Numbered from the stretch's first letter, positions 17,920-28,458 are shown. The stretch is DNA of 64,000 bases from an uncultured Oligoflexus sp. (GCA_964236955.1 CAXSGP010000007.1:19313-83312), one strand, 5' to 3'. Program-made: numbers and translations. Notes: generated by a model not told the origin, from the sequence alone.

Positions 17920-19908
17920 ATGCGCAAAGAATTAGCTTACCTCGCATTAGGCCTTACCCCTCTGCTGCTTATCACCTTAGCTCAAGGCCCTCTCCTCCGC
18001 TACCAGACATCGTTTGGGACTGCGAAGCAGCAATATCTCGGTAGTCTTCAGGAAAGTCGGCGTGAACTTGCCAATCTCGGCCATACATTGAGAACTCTTC
18101 CGGCATTGACCACCGACTTAGGAACCCTAGCGAGCGCGGGTCGTACCTTGAGTGGTTTTATTGTTCCTGGCAAGATCGATCACATCGCAATTTATGATCA
18201 GGATTGCCAACTCGTGGCAAACTCCGACGAAGGCATGCCACTGAGCAACATCTGCCCTGTGGCTAATCCAAAGAGCATAAACACGCCCCATTTCCAATGG
18301 CGCAACACTCCTCATGCCAAGAGCTATGAGTTGGTGGCGCCCCTTATGGCGACAGGCGAGAAAAGTTATTTTCTCCTGGCGTCGAACTACTTGAATGATC
18401 AGTGGCTCTTTCATAACCCCGATTTCAAGCAAAGCATGAATCAGCTCGATCTTGTTCTCGGTGAACCCACTGGCAGAAGGATTTTTTATAAAGAAGATCC
18501 GGCTATTCCCAACAGCGAGCTGGCAACGCTAAGTTCCTCTCATCCCCTTTTGCAGCTCTTTCCGAACCTGGTTCAACCAAAACCCCTGGACTTCAAAGCG
18601 ATCACGTTTGCAGCGGTAGCCTTGCTACTCACCTGCATTGGGGCGCTTATGCGGGAGCTGGGTCGGCAAAAGAAGGTGATTCAGGACGCTATTCAAAAGC
18701 TCTACGCTTGGGCTGATGAGCTGGTTCCTGAGGAAAATGCTGCCAAGAGCGGATCCGGCAGAGGCAATGGGGGCAGTGGAAGCGGCAATGCGGACAGGCT
18801 CTTTCCGCAAATGAGCCTAAGGCGCAAGGGCGAGGTAAATATTCAGCTGCTTCAGGATCGCATGAGTCGCCTCGTGAAGACCAACCTCGAAGCGGCCGAG
18901 CGCACCGAGCATGAAAAACGTCTTTTGCAGCAGCAGATGGTTCGTCTGGAAAGTCGCTTCTTAGAGGCACAGGCCGAGCAGAGTTTTATGACCAAGGCCC
19001 GTTCCATGCATCAGCAGATGCACATGTGCGCGGAGACATTTATTGCCAAGCTGCAGGATTCGCAAAGCCTTGGCGAGGATCTATCCCATCTCACCAGTCA
19101 TGAAATCGTTCGCCCTGCCCAGCGGCTTATGGAACTCATGCAAAGATGGGAAGCGGAACTGACCCAGGTCACAACCCGAAAATTCGTCCGCTCCCTAAGC
19201 GAACGAGTCGACGAGCAGGGCGTCTCCGAACTCGACGAAAGCCTTGCCTTCCTCATGAGCACGGGGGCTCAATTGCGTAATGCGGCGATCAATATTACGC
19301 TCCTTAGTCAAAGGCTCCTGGTGGACCTTCAGGAGAATACTTCGATGGCTCAACACTGGTTCCAGATGATGGGACACGACAACAGCATCGCCAAGACCCT
19401 GCTCGTGCTCCTGCAGGACGCTCAATCCCTCATTGACAGGCAGGATAAATCGATACGATTTGAGAACGCCATAGAGGCGAATACCGAACTTGATCATCTT
19501 AAGATTCCCATCTCGACTTTAACTTCAACCCTTTTCCATTGCCAGATGGCTCTGGTGGAAAACGCTCTCGATCATAATATCGAGCGGATGGGGATCAGCA
19601 ACCAGCTTCGTCTCCGCGATGGCAAAGTCATCTTACTCTCGTCATTACGCGCTGAAATGGTTGATGAATTAACCATACAGAAGGAATTCTCTCCAAAGGC
19701 CGAGCAGCACCTGTCGATGGCGCTGCAGATGCTTCAGGGATTCCCCGTCCGACTCAGCAAACTCCCCTCTCTTAACGGAGTCCATGCTTTGGCCTTGATG
19801 TGGGATGCTGATGCGGAATTAAAGGACGGTACCCAGAGAGCGACCCCTTCGCGGTATGACAGTTCAGTAGAAAAGATGGGTAATGGCCCACATGAAATAA
19901 GTCTCTAG
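17920..19908 (+). CDS. Membrane sensor histidine-kinase-like protein with degenerate ATPase domain
   Basis: Two TM segments flanking a Cache-like region (IDHIAIYDQDCQLVANS), coiled coil, H-box-like SHEIVRP, N-box-like LVENALDH; no G1/G2 boxes. Confidence 0.55.
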   Translation: MRKELAYLALGLTPLLLITLAQGPLLRYQTSFGTAKQQYLGSLQESRRELANLGHTLRTLPALTTDLGTLASAGRTLSGFIVPGKIDHIAIYDQDCQLVANSDEGMPLSNICPVANPKSINTPHFQWRNTPHAKSYELVAPLMATGEKSYFLLASNYLNDQWLFHNPDFKQSMNQLDLVLGEPTGRRIFYKEDPAIPNSELATLSSSHPLLQLFPNLVQPKPLDFKAITFAAVALLLTCIGALMRELGRQKKVIQDAIQKLYAWADELVPEENAAKSGSGRGNGGSGSGNADRLFPQMSLRRKGEVNIQLLQDRMSRLVKTNLEAAERTEHEKRLLQQQMVRLESRFLEAQAEQSFMTKARSMHQQMHMCAETFIAKLQDSQSLGEDLSHLTSHEIVRPAQRLMELMQRWEAELTQVTTRKFVRSLSERVDEQGVSELDESLAFLMSTGAQLRNAAINITLLSQRLLVDLQENTSMAQHWFQMMGHDNSIAKTLLVLLQDAQSLIDRQDKSIRFENAIEANTELDHLKIPISTLTSTLFHCQMALVENALDHNIERMGISNQLRLRDGKVILLSSLRAEMVDELTIQKEFSPKAEQHLSMALQMLQGFPVRLSKLPSLNGVHALALMWDADAELKDGTQRATPSRYDSSVEKMGNGPHEISL

Positions 19909-19953
19909 ACCAGTGGAAGCACTGGCTTAAACAGGTTAAAAGCCAAGTCAAGC

Positions 19954-20544
19954 CTAATCCCACTTTCTTGGACTATGCACCAGGTTTAAAAACTCCTGCC
20001 GGGTCTGGGACTGATGAAAGCTCCCTTGCATGGAACTCGTCGTTGTATAGCTTTCTCGCTTTTCAACTCCGCGCATCATCATGCAAAGATGGGCTGCTTC
20101 GACGACTACACCCACACCCTCGGGTTTGAGTACTTCCTGTATCGTCTGGGCGATTTGATGGGTCATTCGCTCTTGAACCTGCAGGCGTCTCGCAAAGGCT
20201 TCGATCAACCTTGGAATCTTAGACAGCCCCACAACTTTCTTACTCGGGATATATCCGACATGGACGCGCCCATGAAAGGGCAGCAGGTGATGCTCGCAAA
20301 GACTATAAAACGCTACATCTCGCACGATAATCATGTCTTTGTATTCGACGTCAAACAACGCCTTGTTTAGGATTCCCGCAACGTCTTTACCGTAGCCAGA
20401 GGTGAGAAACTGCATGCTCTTTAGATGCCGATCCGGAGTTTTTAAAAGCCCATCACGGGCCGGGTCTTCCCCAAGGTCCTTGAGAAGCGCCGCGATATTA
20501 GCCTCGTGCTTCTTCCAATCCATATTGTCCAGAGCCATTACCAA
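19954..20544 (-). CDS. folE: GTP cyclohydrolase I
   Basis: [49 protein letters not shown]. Start is TTG 20544 or ATG 20538. Confidence 0.97.
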   Translation of the reverse strand: MVMALDNMDWKKHEANIAALLKDLGEDPARDGLLKTPDRHLKSMQFLTSGYGKDVAGILNKALFDVEYKDMIIVRDVAFYSLCEHHLLPFHGRVHVGYIPSKKVVGLSKIPRLIEAFARRLQVQERMTHQIAQTIQEVLKPEGVGVVVEAAHLCMMMRGVEKRESYTTTSSMQGSFHQSQTRQEFLNLVHSPRKWD

Positions 20545-21870
20545 CTACCCTACTTTGGAGATATTGCTCAAAACATCGTCGAGTTCCACTTCCTCCTCAC
20601 TTTGATCGTAGCTGATATCCATGAGCGGTATATCGCCATCGATACTGTCATGACCACTATCGGCGAGATCCGAAGTGTCTTTCAAAGCCGGAGCGGGACC
20701 GGAAGCCGGCGCAGTCTTGAGCACTTTTACGTTGAATAACGCATCGGGAAAAGTAGGGTCCAGCTCAACTGCTTTTTCGAAGCATTTGAGGCCTTTATCG
20801 TTTTTGCCCCACTTCACAAACCCAATGCCCATATTGTAAAGAATACGGGACACGAGTTTGGGCTTTTTAGCCAACAATTGCAAAGCCTTTTGATAGAGGG
20901 CAAACGCGGCTTCATAACGCTGCGACTTAATAGCCAAAATGGCCGAAGTATTGAAAATCGCACTCAGCTCGCGAGGGTTGGCCACACCGTTGAGAATCTG
21001 CAAGGCTTCGTTGACATCGCCCATCAGGAGCTTACTGGCACTTTTACCAAAGGTTGCCGGTTTGGAAGCGGGTGAGAAGCTGAGAATCTCCGAGAACGCC
21101 GCCTCAGCTTCATCGGCCCTGTCAAGCTTTAGAAAAAGATTGCCCATTTCGAGGAGACGTTCGACATTGTAAGGGCTAAGGAGTTGCGCACCTTTGAGTG
21201 AGGCAATGGCAGTATTGTAATCACCCTGTTTCATCCGGCAGCGCGCATAGAGATGTTTGACGCGGGGTGCTGCCTCCTTATCCTGCATAAGGGCACGCAA
21301 AAGGTCCTCGGCCATAGTCCAGTGTTCATCATGTATAAAGGCTTCCGCCAGCTCCAGGCCGACCCGTTCATTATCGGGTTGCCTCGCGTGCAGCTTTTCA
21401 AGCATTTCCAGGGCGTTTGCATGATCGCCAGCCTTTCGGCAGGTATCCACCGCCAGGAGCATCTTGCGCATAGGGGCGGTACTTTTATGATCTTTGACCA
21501 AACCTTTGATCTGGTCTCGAATCGTATCAGTGGTGACTTCTCCTATGGACACATAATTCACATAATATTCCTGGGCCACCTTCACGATCGCCTCTTCATC
21601 GTGGGCAGCCACGAGAAAGACCAGGTGCGATTCCAGTCGATGCTCTTTTCTATTGGCTTTTAGGACCATTTGGATTTTTTCTGGCGAAAATTCCCAATCC
21701 AGTACAAGCACCCCATATTCGATGGTGCCAAGCTTTTCGAGACATTCTTTTTCCCCCATTACGGGAAAGATATTATCCGCTTTCATGCCGGTGGCCTTTA
21801 AACTCTGACGAACGACGTCGCGAATCTCGGCCCGTTTGGTCAAAATGATAGCGCAGGATGAGTCGTCCAC
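20545..21870 (-). CDS. Atypical receiver domain plus TPR repeat protein
   Basis: GTG start at 21870 with GGAGG RBS; REC-like N-terminus (VLVLDW); multiple TPRs such as YNMGIGFVKWGKNDKGLKCFEKAVELDP; acidic tail. Confidence 0.75.
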   Translation of the reverse strand: MDDSSCAIILTKRAEIRDVVRQSLKATGMKADNIFPVMGEKECLEKLGTIEYGVLVLDWEFSPEKIQMVLKANRKEHRLESHLVFLVAAHDEEAIVKVAQEYYVNYVSIGEVTTDTIRDQIKGLVKDHKSTAPMRKMLLAVDTCRKAGDHANALEMLEKLHARQPDNERVGLELAEAFIHDEHWTMAEDLLRALMQDKEAAPRVKHLYARCRMKQGDYNTAIASLKGAQLLSPYNVERLLEMGNLFLKLDRADEAEAAFSEILSFSPASKPATFGKSASKLLMGDVNEALQILNGVANPRELSAIFNTSAILAIKSQRYEAAFALYQKALQLLAKKPKLVSRILYNMGIGFVKWGKNDKGLKCFEKAVELDPTFPDALFNVKVLKTAPASGPAPALKDTSDLADSGHDSIDGDIPLMDISYDQSEEEVELDDVLSNISKVG

Positions 21871-22024
21871 AAAAGCCTCCGAGGAGGTAATAGGGGATAG
21901 GAGTGAGTCGCCCGCCCCATACCGGCAAACGGTCGAAACCGATGAAGACTCCAGGTGACCTAAAGTCAAAGCCACCAGGGCACCAACGAGCCGAATGGTC
22001 AATTATAGCTCGGCTCCAGTCAAT

Positions 22025-23305
22025 TCACCAAGGATTCTCAAGAATAATACGAGCTTTCGTCAAGACTTCCTGCAGCTCCTCATAAGCGTGGCTCTTGACG
22101 GTAATTCCGCTCCCCGCAGCGTATTCCCAGGAATCCCGGGATTGACGAACTGCCGTTCGGATAAGGATGGAACTGTCGATGCAGCCCGAATAATAGTCTT
22201 TATACCAAATATTTCCCATAAAGTAGCCGCGCTCACGCTCCTCGCGATTGTGAATGACACTCATCACCTCCCGCTTTGGAGCGCCCGTGATGCTTCCTCC
22301 GGGGCATAGCGCCCGGCAGACTTCATCAAGCCTTAGCCCTGGCTTCATCTCACCAAGAACTCGGGCCACCAGATGATGGACATTGGGGAAACTTCGAAGC
22401 GAGCCAGGATCGATCACTGCCACACTGCGGGGAACTGAGATGCGTTGCAGGTCGTTTCGCATCAGGTCGACTATCATATGCAATTCCGCTTTATCCTTAG
22501 CGCTGCTTTGGAGCTCATCCATCAAAATTTTATTGGTGGCTGGATCGTTGACCACGGGCCGTGTGCCCTTGATGGGTTCGGCCTCGATAAAGCTCTTGCC
22601 GCCTTTCGGCTTGATCTGCACAAAGCGCTCCGGGCTCCACGAGACCAGACCGAGATCGGGAAGATCGATAAACGCTGAAAAGGGGCCCCCGAATTTTTTT
22701 AGGCGACGCAGGAGGCGCTGCCGCGAAATTTCCCCCTGGTGCCGCCAATACCTTAGAATGTTGATCTGATAAAAGCGACCGTCGCGGATATCTTCCAGTG
22801 ATTGGGCCACTGCCTCCAAATATTGAGAATCATTCCAGCTGCTCTTCCAATCGACGCTCTGGGGGGGCAAGGGGCTGGAATCAGACTGGACCAGGGGCCA
22901 TGCAATCTGATGCCGGGCTTGTCCATGGGTGGGTTCCGAAGTGAGCAGGACTTCACCGCTGGCCTTATTCCAGACCAAGGCCCGCCGAATATGAAAAAAA
23001 CGACAGGGCGCAGTGGCTCGGCCACACCAGGGATTGTACGCATCATAGGTAAGGAGCGCGACCTGACCCAGAGTGATGGGTAAACCCTGGGCAGCATCCG
23101 CCGCTAATTGAGGATTCGCCTCAACTTCACTCAGCATAAAGTCATCGCGGCCTTCCTCGTCAAAGCTCAGGGCCAGTAGGCTGTAGGGTGATTGGTCGCC
23201 GCCTAAAAACAGGAGCGGTTCGTCTGCTCCAACGCGCCCGAGCACCTCCCAAATTGTAAGGCCTTCAAGGTCTGGGCAGCGGTCGATGCGGAGTTGATGA
23301 CTCAT
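22025..23305 (-). CDS. pabB: Aminodeoxychorismate synthase component I (chorismate-binding enzyme)
   Basis: YQIN, SPERF, PIKGTRP, KDKAELHMIVDLMRNDL, PGGSITGAPK, ILIRT, AGSGI; lies near folE. Confidence 0.85.
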   Translation of the reverse strand: MSHQLRIDRCPDLEGLTIWEVLGRVGADEPLLFLGGDQSPYSLLALSFDEEGRDDFMLSEVEANPQLAADAAQGLPITLGQVALLTYDAYNPWCGRATAPCRFFHIRRALVWNKASGEVLLTSEPTHGQARHQIAWPLVQSDSSPLPPQSVDWKSSWNDSQYLEAVAQSLEDIRDGRFYQINILRYWRHQGEISRQRLLRRLKKFGGPFSAFIDLPDLGLVSWSPERFVQIKPKGGKSFIEAEPIKGTRPVVNDPATNKILMDELQSSAKDKAELHMIVDLMRNDLQRISVPRSVAVIDPGSLRSFPNVHHLVARVLGEMKPGLRLDEVCRALCPGGSITGAPKREVMSVIHNREERERGYFMGNIWYKDYYSGCIDSSILIRTAVRQSRDSWEYAAGSGITVKSHAYEELQEVLTKARIILENPW

Positions 23306-23531
23306 CGTTCATCTCCATGAAATAAACTGCTCACGGAGCAGGATTGCTTTTTCTCTCTCTACGAGTATCATGTGATCCAATGAGTCAAAACGCTGATGCG
23401 AAATATCGATAGCCGCGTTTCAAAAGATGGGAACCGGCTCTCTCTCGAGAATCTAGATCATGAGCCAGAGGCCCGGTACCCCTGAGCGTCGTCTGCAACT
23501 TGAGGCATCAACTTAAAATAGGATCCCTTCT

Positions 23532-24398
23532 ATGGCAATCGCAGGATTTCAAAAGGTCGGAGTGATCGGTTCGGGCCAGATGGGGAGCGGCATCGCCCAG
23601 GTTTGTGCCAGTTTTGGCCTCGATGTCATTCTAGTCGATATTCAAGAGGCGCAATTGGAAAAAGCCCAAAAAGGCATCTCGAGCTCCCTCGAAAAACTTG
23701 AAGCAAAAAGCCTGCTCCCAAGCGGAACCACAGCCAAGCAGGCGATGGCCCGGCTCGGTTTCCAAACCAACCTTCAATCCCTTAAAGGCTTCGATCTGGT
23801 CATCGAGGCGGTCAGTGAAAATGAGGCGCTGAAAACCAAAATTTTGCGTGAACTCGACGCGATCACCCCTGCCCATTGTGTGCTCGCCAGCAATACCAGC
23901 TCCATACCAATCACCCGTTTGGCAACCGCAACGGGCCGACCTGACAAGGTCATCGGCATGCACTTTATGAATCCGGTGCCGGTCATGAAACTGATCGAGG
24001 TCATTCCCGGCATGACCACCGATCCCGGGATTTGTGATCGCATCGTTGAGCTGGCCAGGGGCCTCGGTAAAGAGGTGACAAAATCACAGGATTATCCAGG
24101 TTTCGTTGTCAACCGCATCCTGATGCCGATGATCAATGAGGCTTTTGTTGCCCTGATGGAAAACGTCGCATCGGCCGAAGATATTGACAAAGGCATGAAA
24201 CTTGGCACCAATCAGCCTATGGGCCCGCTGACTCTTGCCGACTTTATAGGCCTCGACACCTGCCTGGCTATCATGAAAGTTCTGCATGATGGCCTGGGTG
24301 ATCCGCGCTACCGCCCTTGTCCCCTGCTCGTTAAATATGTAGAGGCCGGTTATCTTGGACGCAAATCAGGCCGCGGTGTTTATCCATACAAAGTTTGA
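23532..24398 (+). CDS. hbd: 3-hydroxybutyryl-CoA dehydrogenase
   Basis: [58 protein letters not shown]. Confidence 0.93.
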   Translation: MAIAGFQKVGVIGSGQMGSGIAQVCASFGLDVILVDIQEAQLEKAQKGISSSLEKLEAKSLLPSGTTAKQAMARLGFQTNLQSLKGFDLVIEAVSENEALKTKILRELDAITPAHCVLASNTSSIPITRLATATGRPDKVIGMHFMNPVPVMKLIEVIPGMTTDPGICDRIVELARGLGKEVTKSQDYPGFVVNRILMPMINEAFVALMENVASAEDIDKGMKLGTNQPMGPLTLADFIGLDTCLAIMKVLHDGLGDPRYRPCPLLVKYVEAGYLGRKSGRGVYPYKV

Positions 24399-24415
24399 GA
24401 GAAAGGTTTTGAAAC

Positions 24416-25201
24416 ATGGCTTATGAATCCATCACCATAGAGCGTGAAGCCGATATCGCCACGCTGACGATCAATCGCCCCAGCGTACTCAATGCACTCA
24501 ATCAAACGGTGCTAAGAGAAATTACTGAGTATCTGGACGATTCAAGACAGACAGTGGATCTGCGTGCCTTAATTATCAGGGGAGCGGGTGACAAGGCATT
24601 TGTCGCAGGAGCTGACATCGCGTCTATGGCTGATCTTACGCCGGTTGAGGCCATGAAATTTGCACGCCTTGGACAGGATCTTACCACCAGGCTTGAGGAT
24701 CAGCCGTTTCTGACGATCGCCCGTGTTCAGGGTTATGCCCTGGGCGGCGGCTGTGAATTGGCGATGGCTTGCGACATCATCGTAGCCAGTGAGGATGCTG
24801 TCTTTGGGCAGCCTGAAGTTGATTTAGGATTGATTCCCGGCTTTGGTGGAACCCAGCGACTCGCCCGTCGGGTTGGACTAGCCCTGGCAATGGAAATGCT
24901 TTGCGCCGGCCGCAAAATTAATGGTAAAGAAGCTCTTCAGCATGGACTTGCATCGACCGTGGTGGAAGCTTCACAATTGGATGTGGCAATTGCAAAGATA
25001 ATTAAAAATATTCTCAGAGCCGCCCCATTAGCCATCGCCCATACAAAAAAATTAGCCCGCACCTCGCTTGAGCAATCATTGGCATCCGGCCTAAGTGCTG
25101 AGGCAGAAGCATTTGCTAGGTGTTTTGCCCAGCATGAAGCACGTGAAGGCATACAGGCGTTCCTTGAAAAGCGTAAAGCGGATTTCAAAAATAATTCATA
25201 A
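24416..25201 (+). CDS. Enoyl-CoA hydratase (crotonase)
   Basis: AFVAGADI, ALGGGCELAMACD, FGQPEVDLGLIPGFGGTQRL. Confidence 0.93.
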   Translation: MAYESITIEREADIATLTINRPSVLNALNQTVLREITEYLDDSRQTVDLRALIIRGAGDKAFVAGADIASMADLTPVEAMKFARLGQDLTTRLEDQPFLTIARVQGYALGGGCELAMACDIIVASEDAVFGQPEVDLGLIPGFGGTQRLARRVGLALAMEMLCAGRKINGKEALQHGLASTVVEASQLDVAIAKIIKNILRAAPLAIAHTKKLARTSLEQSLASGLSAEAEAFARCFAQHEAREGIQAFLEKRKADFKNNS

Positions 25202-25331
25202 TTTTGACTAGGTTTTTATTCCCTACGATGGTTTCCGTAGAAATAAATGCTATCATTTCGTATACTCTTCCAATTATGTGGCCACAATTCGGGTTCGCTT
25301 TGTCACATCTCTACTAACGAGGACGTCGGAT

Positions 25332-25739
25332 ATGAACGAGTTACTAAACAAGGTTCAGAAAGATTTGAGCAAACTGCAAAAGACTATTGAAGCCGAAGGC
25401 GAAATTTTACTCGGTAAGATTATGTCAGCGGCCAATAAGGCAACCTCCAACAAAAATGTTGTGGCAAAGCGCAAAGAATTGGAAAAACTGGTCGAATCAC
25501 AGATCAATAAATTCGAACCAGCTTTTGAAAAGTTCTACAAAGAAGTGAAGACAACGGCCGGCAAGTACGGTGTGAATATCGACAAGATCGAAAGCAAAGT
25601 TCGCGCGACCGCGAAGAGCAAAGTGAAAACCAAATCAGCAAAAGCTGACTCCAAGGTAAAAAAAACAGCTTCTAAAGCCGGATCCGCTGTCGGTGGCGCT
25701 AAAAAAGCAAAAAAGAAGCAGTCTAAGAAGAAAGTCTAA
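25332..25739 (+). CDS. Coiled-coil protein with Lys/Ala-rich histone-H1-like tail (phasin PhaF/HBHA-like architecture)
   Basis: GAGGA RBS then ATG at 25332; amphipathic helical N-terminus; tail KSKVKTKSAKADSKVKKTASK...KKAKKKQSKKKV. Confidence 0.65.
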   Translation: MNELLNKVQKDLSKLQKTIEAEGEILLGKIMSAANKATSNKNVVAKRKELEKLVESQINKFEPAFEKFYKEVKTTAGKYGVNIDKIESKVRATAKSKVKTKSAKADSKVKKTASKAGSAVGGAKKAKKKQSKKKV

Positions 25740-25745
25740 GGTTTC

Positions 25746-26873
25746 ATGAGAACTGCGGACGACCTTCTTAGACCCTTGCAACTCCAAGGCAATCCGTTTG
25801 CCAAAAGTATGCTCGCTTGGTATCGCAGCAACAGTCGCAACTGGCCCTGGCGCAGTAAGTTTGCGGAGCATGGTGATCCTTATGTCATATGGATCAGTGA
25901 AATTATGCTTCAGCAGACAACTATCCAGGCCGTGTTGCCCGCCTATATTCGATTTCTCGAAACATTCCCAAACCTCTATCGACTTGCCCATGGCACCGAA
26001 GAGCAAATCCGGCAGGCGTGTCGGGGGCTTGGTTACTATAGGCGTTTTCGCATGATGCACGAGGCTGCAAAAATCCTCGCCGCCCCTATGGAAAACGAAG
26101 ATCAAAAAACTCCCTGGCCAGTCGATTATTTAAGCTGGAAAGAATTGCCTGGTATAGGTGATTACACAGCAGCAGCGATCTCCAGCATTGCCTTTGGCTT
26201 CCCAAAAGCCGTGGTTGACGGCAACGTCGAAAGGGTGTTCTGTCGGCTTTTCAACCTGCAGATCGCGCCTGATTTGAAGTGGAAAAAAGTATTCCAAAAA
26301 GTTGGGGACGGGTTGATTCCTCACGATGCAGCGAGCGATTTTAATCAGGGTTTGATGGAACTTGGTCAGAGTATCTGCATCAAACAAAACCCAAAGTGCA
26401 GCATCTGTCCCGTTCATTCCTTTTGCGCGGCCTATGCCGAGGGAACCCAAACATTGGCCCCCGCACCGAAATCAGCCAAGGTTTTTGAAGAAGTCCGCAT
26501 TTATCTATATATCCCCACTAAAAGGGGCCGCTTCGGACTACTCGAACGAAAACCCTCGGCCCGGTTTCTCAAAGGGAATTGGAGTTTTCCAAGCGCGGTT
26601 GAAAGGAATGATAAGACTTTAGCCTGGGAAACGGAATCCGTGCCTACGCATTCGGCTCAAGTATTGGGTGCCATCAAACATTCGATTACCAAACACAAGA
26701 TTGAGCTGGTCGTTGCTGAGGTGATCTGTACGGAAGATATCAAAGAAATCCGCTGGGTATCAGCCGAAGAGATGGAAGGACAGCTGGTTGCCAATCTCGA
26801 TAGAAAAGCCTGGCTCCTTTACCTAAAAAATAAGCAACGGCCACCGTTGGAAACATTCTTTTCCCGCGCATGA
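25746..26873 (+). CDS. mutY: A/G-specific adenine glycosylase
   Basis: WISEIMLQQT, GLGYY, LPGIGDYTA, VDGNVERV, Fe-S motif C-X6-C-X2-C-X5-C. Confidence 0.95.
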   Translation: MRTADDLLRPLQLQGNPFAKSMLAWYRSNSRNWPWRSKFAEHGDPYVIWISEIMLQQTTIQAVLPAYIRFLETFPNLYRLAHGTEEQIRQACRGLGYYRRFRMMHEAAKILAAPMENEDQKTPWPVDYLSWKELPGIGDYTAAAISSIAFGFPKAVVDGNVERVFCRLFNLQIAPDLKWKKVFQKVGDGLIPHDAASDFNQGLMELGQSICIKQNPKCSICPVHSFCAAYAEGTQTLAPAPKSAKVFEEVRIYLYIPTKRGRFGLLERKPSARFLKGNWSFPSAVERNDKTLAWETESVPTHSAQVLGAIKHSITKHKIELVVAEVICTEDIKEIRWVSAEEMEGQLVANLDRKAWLLYLKNKQRPPLETFFSRA

Positions 26874-26958
26874 TGGGGTGGCCGAAGAAAGAGCCAGGGG
26901 CAAAGGCCTCCGGCGCGTTCATCGGCCTCGCGTTCCAGGGCCAGCACCCAAGGTCGAA

Positions 26959-28458
26959 TCAAGCCTCGAACATCTCCACCGCCCCGATCATGGTTCTTAC
27001 TCCATAGGCACTGCCCGTCGCCGACGGAAACCCTGTCGCCGCGCAGCCCCAGGCCGTGCCAGCGATATCGAGATGCGCCCACTGACACTTGGCGTCTTTG
27101 ACAAACTCGCGAAGAAAATACCCCCCCATAATGGGGCCTGCTTTAACACTTGGCTTAGGAATATTCTTCAAATCGGCTAGAGTTGACGTTACTTCCCCTT
27201 CCAGCTCAGGCCAAAAAGGAAGCTGCCACATTGGTTCGCCAACCTTTGCCGTGATGTGATTCAAGAAATCTGCGGTCTTTTGCTCCTTGGCAAGATATCC
27301 TGCTCCAGCATGCCCAAGCCCAAAGATCACAGCACCGGTAAGTGTCGCTATATCCAAAAGCAGATCAGGATCATGCTTGTCGATGATGTAGCTGATCACA
27401 TCGGCAAGTACCAATCGTCCTTCCGCATCAGTATTTAAAATTTCTATGGTTTTTCCGCTATAGGATTTCACCACATCGCCAGGTCGGGTCGCATTCGGCC
27501 CCAGCATGTTTTCAACCGCACCCAACGCGCAGACCACGGTTACTGGCGGCTTTACCGCATTAAAATAGAGCGCCGAACCAAAGACCGCGGCAGCACCCGA
27601 CATGTCGTATTTCATTTCTTCCAGACCCGCCGAGGGCTTAATATTAATACCGCCAGCGTCAAACGTAACGCCTTTACCGACCAGGGCTACCGTTTTATTG
27701 GGGTTTACACCCTGGATCTTGATCGCGACAAGCTTGGGGTCAATGTTGGTTCCGTGAGCCACGGAGAGAAAAGAACCCATTCCAAGCTTTTCCATATCCT
27801 TTCGACCAAGGATCACCAACTCGGCCTTTGACTTGGCAAACATGTCCTGGGCTATCGTCGCGAACTGCTCGGAAGTCAAAAAATTCGCAGGAGCCTCCTG
27901 CAACCAACGGGTAAACGTTAAGGCCTTCACGAGCTCTAACTTCCGTCTTAACAATTCAGGATCAGCCGACACGAGAGACACTTTTTTCGGCAATTCCAGT
28001 GTGCTGACCGATTTAAAAGCAGCTGCATCGTCAACGGAAAAAAGAAAGCCTTCAAGGACATCGAGCGCTGTCAATTCACTGAATTCAGGAATATGAAGGT
28101 TTTTGACTTTAGCCTTGGCCAGGTGCGCGGCGGCATCCATTCCAAGCTGACGCGACAATTGGGGAAGAGTGGTTTTTATCGGAGTCTGAGCGACGAGCAG
28201 AAATTTTTTGCTGTCGACGACCAGACGAAGGGTTTTATCGGCGGCAGACCATCCATAGGATTTGATCTGGTCCTGGATTTTAGTTTTCAAAGCGTCATCG
28301 AGCAGTGAACTATTGAGCAGGACATCGCCGTCTTGGGCCTTAACACCAACGAGATTCCACGCATCCAAAGACAGCCCTTGTGACTGTTCAATCTTGAGTG
28401 TCTCCAGCCACTGATGGGTCTGAGGAAGGTAGTCTTTCCAGGATTTGTAGTTCAACAT
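26959..28458 (-). CDS. pepA: Leucyl aminopeptidase (M17), PepA-type
   Basis: GKGVTFDAGG, MKYDMSGAA, NTDAEGRL, ATLTGA, WAHLDIAGT. Confidence 0.9.
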   Translation of the reverse strand: MLNYKSWKDYLPQTHQWLETLKIEQSQGLSLDAWNLVGVKAQDGDVLLNSSLLDDALKTKIQDQIKSYGWSAADKTLRLVVDSKKFLLVAQTPIKTTLPQLSRQLGMDAAAHLAKAKVKNLHIPEFSELTALDVLEGFLFSVDDAAAFKSVSTLELPKKVSLVSADPELLRRKLELVKALTFTRWLQEAPANFLTSEQFATIAQDMFAKSKAELVILGRKDMEKLGMGSFLSVAHGTNIDPKLVAIKIQGVNPNKTVALVGKGVTFDAGGINIKPSAGLEEMKYDMSGAAAVFGSALYFNAVKPPVTVVCALGAVENMLGPNATRPGDVVKSYSGKTIEILNTDAEGRLVLADVISYIIDKHDPDLLLDIATLTGAVIFGLGHAGAGYLAKEQKTADFLNHITAKVGEPMWQLPFWPELEGEVTSTLADLKNIPKPSVKAGPIMGGYFLREFVKDAKCQWAHLDIAGTAWGCAATGFPSATGSAYGVRTMIGAVEMFEA

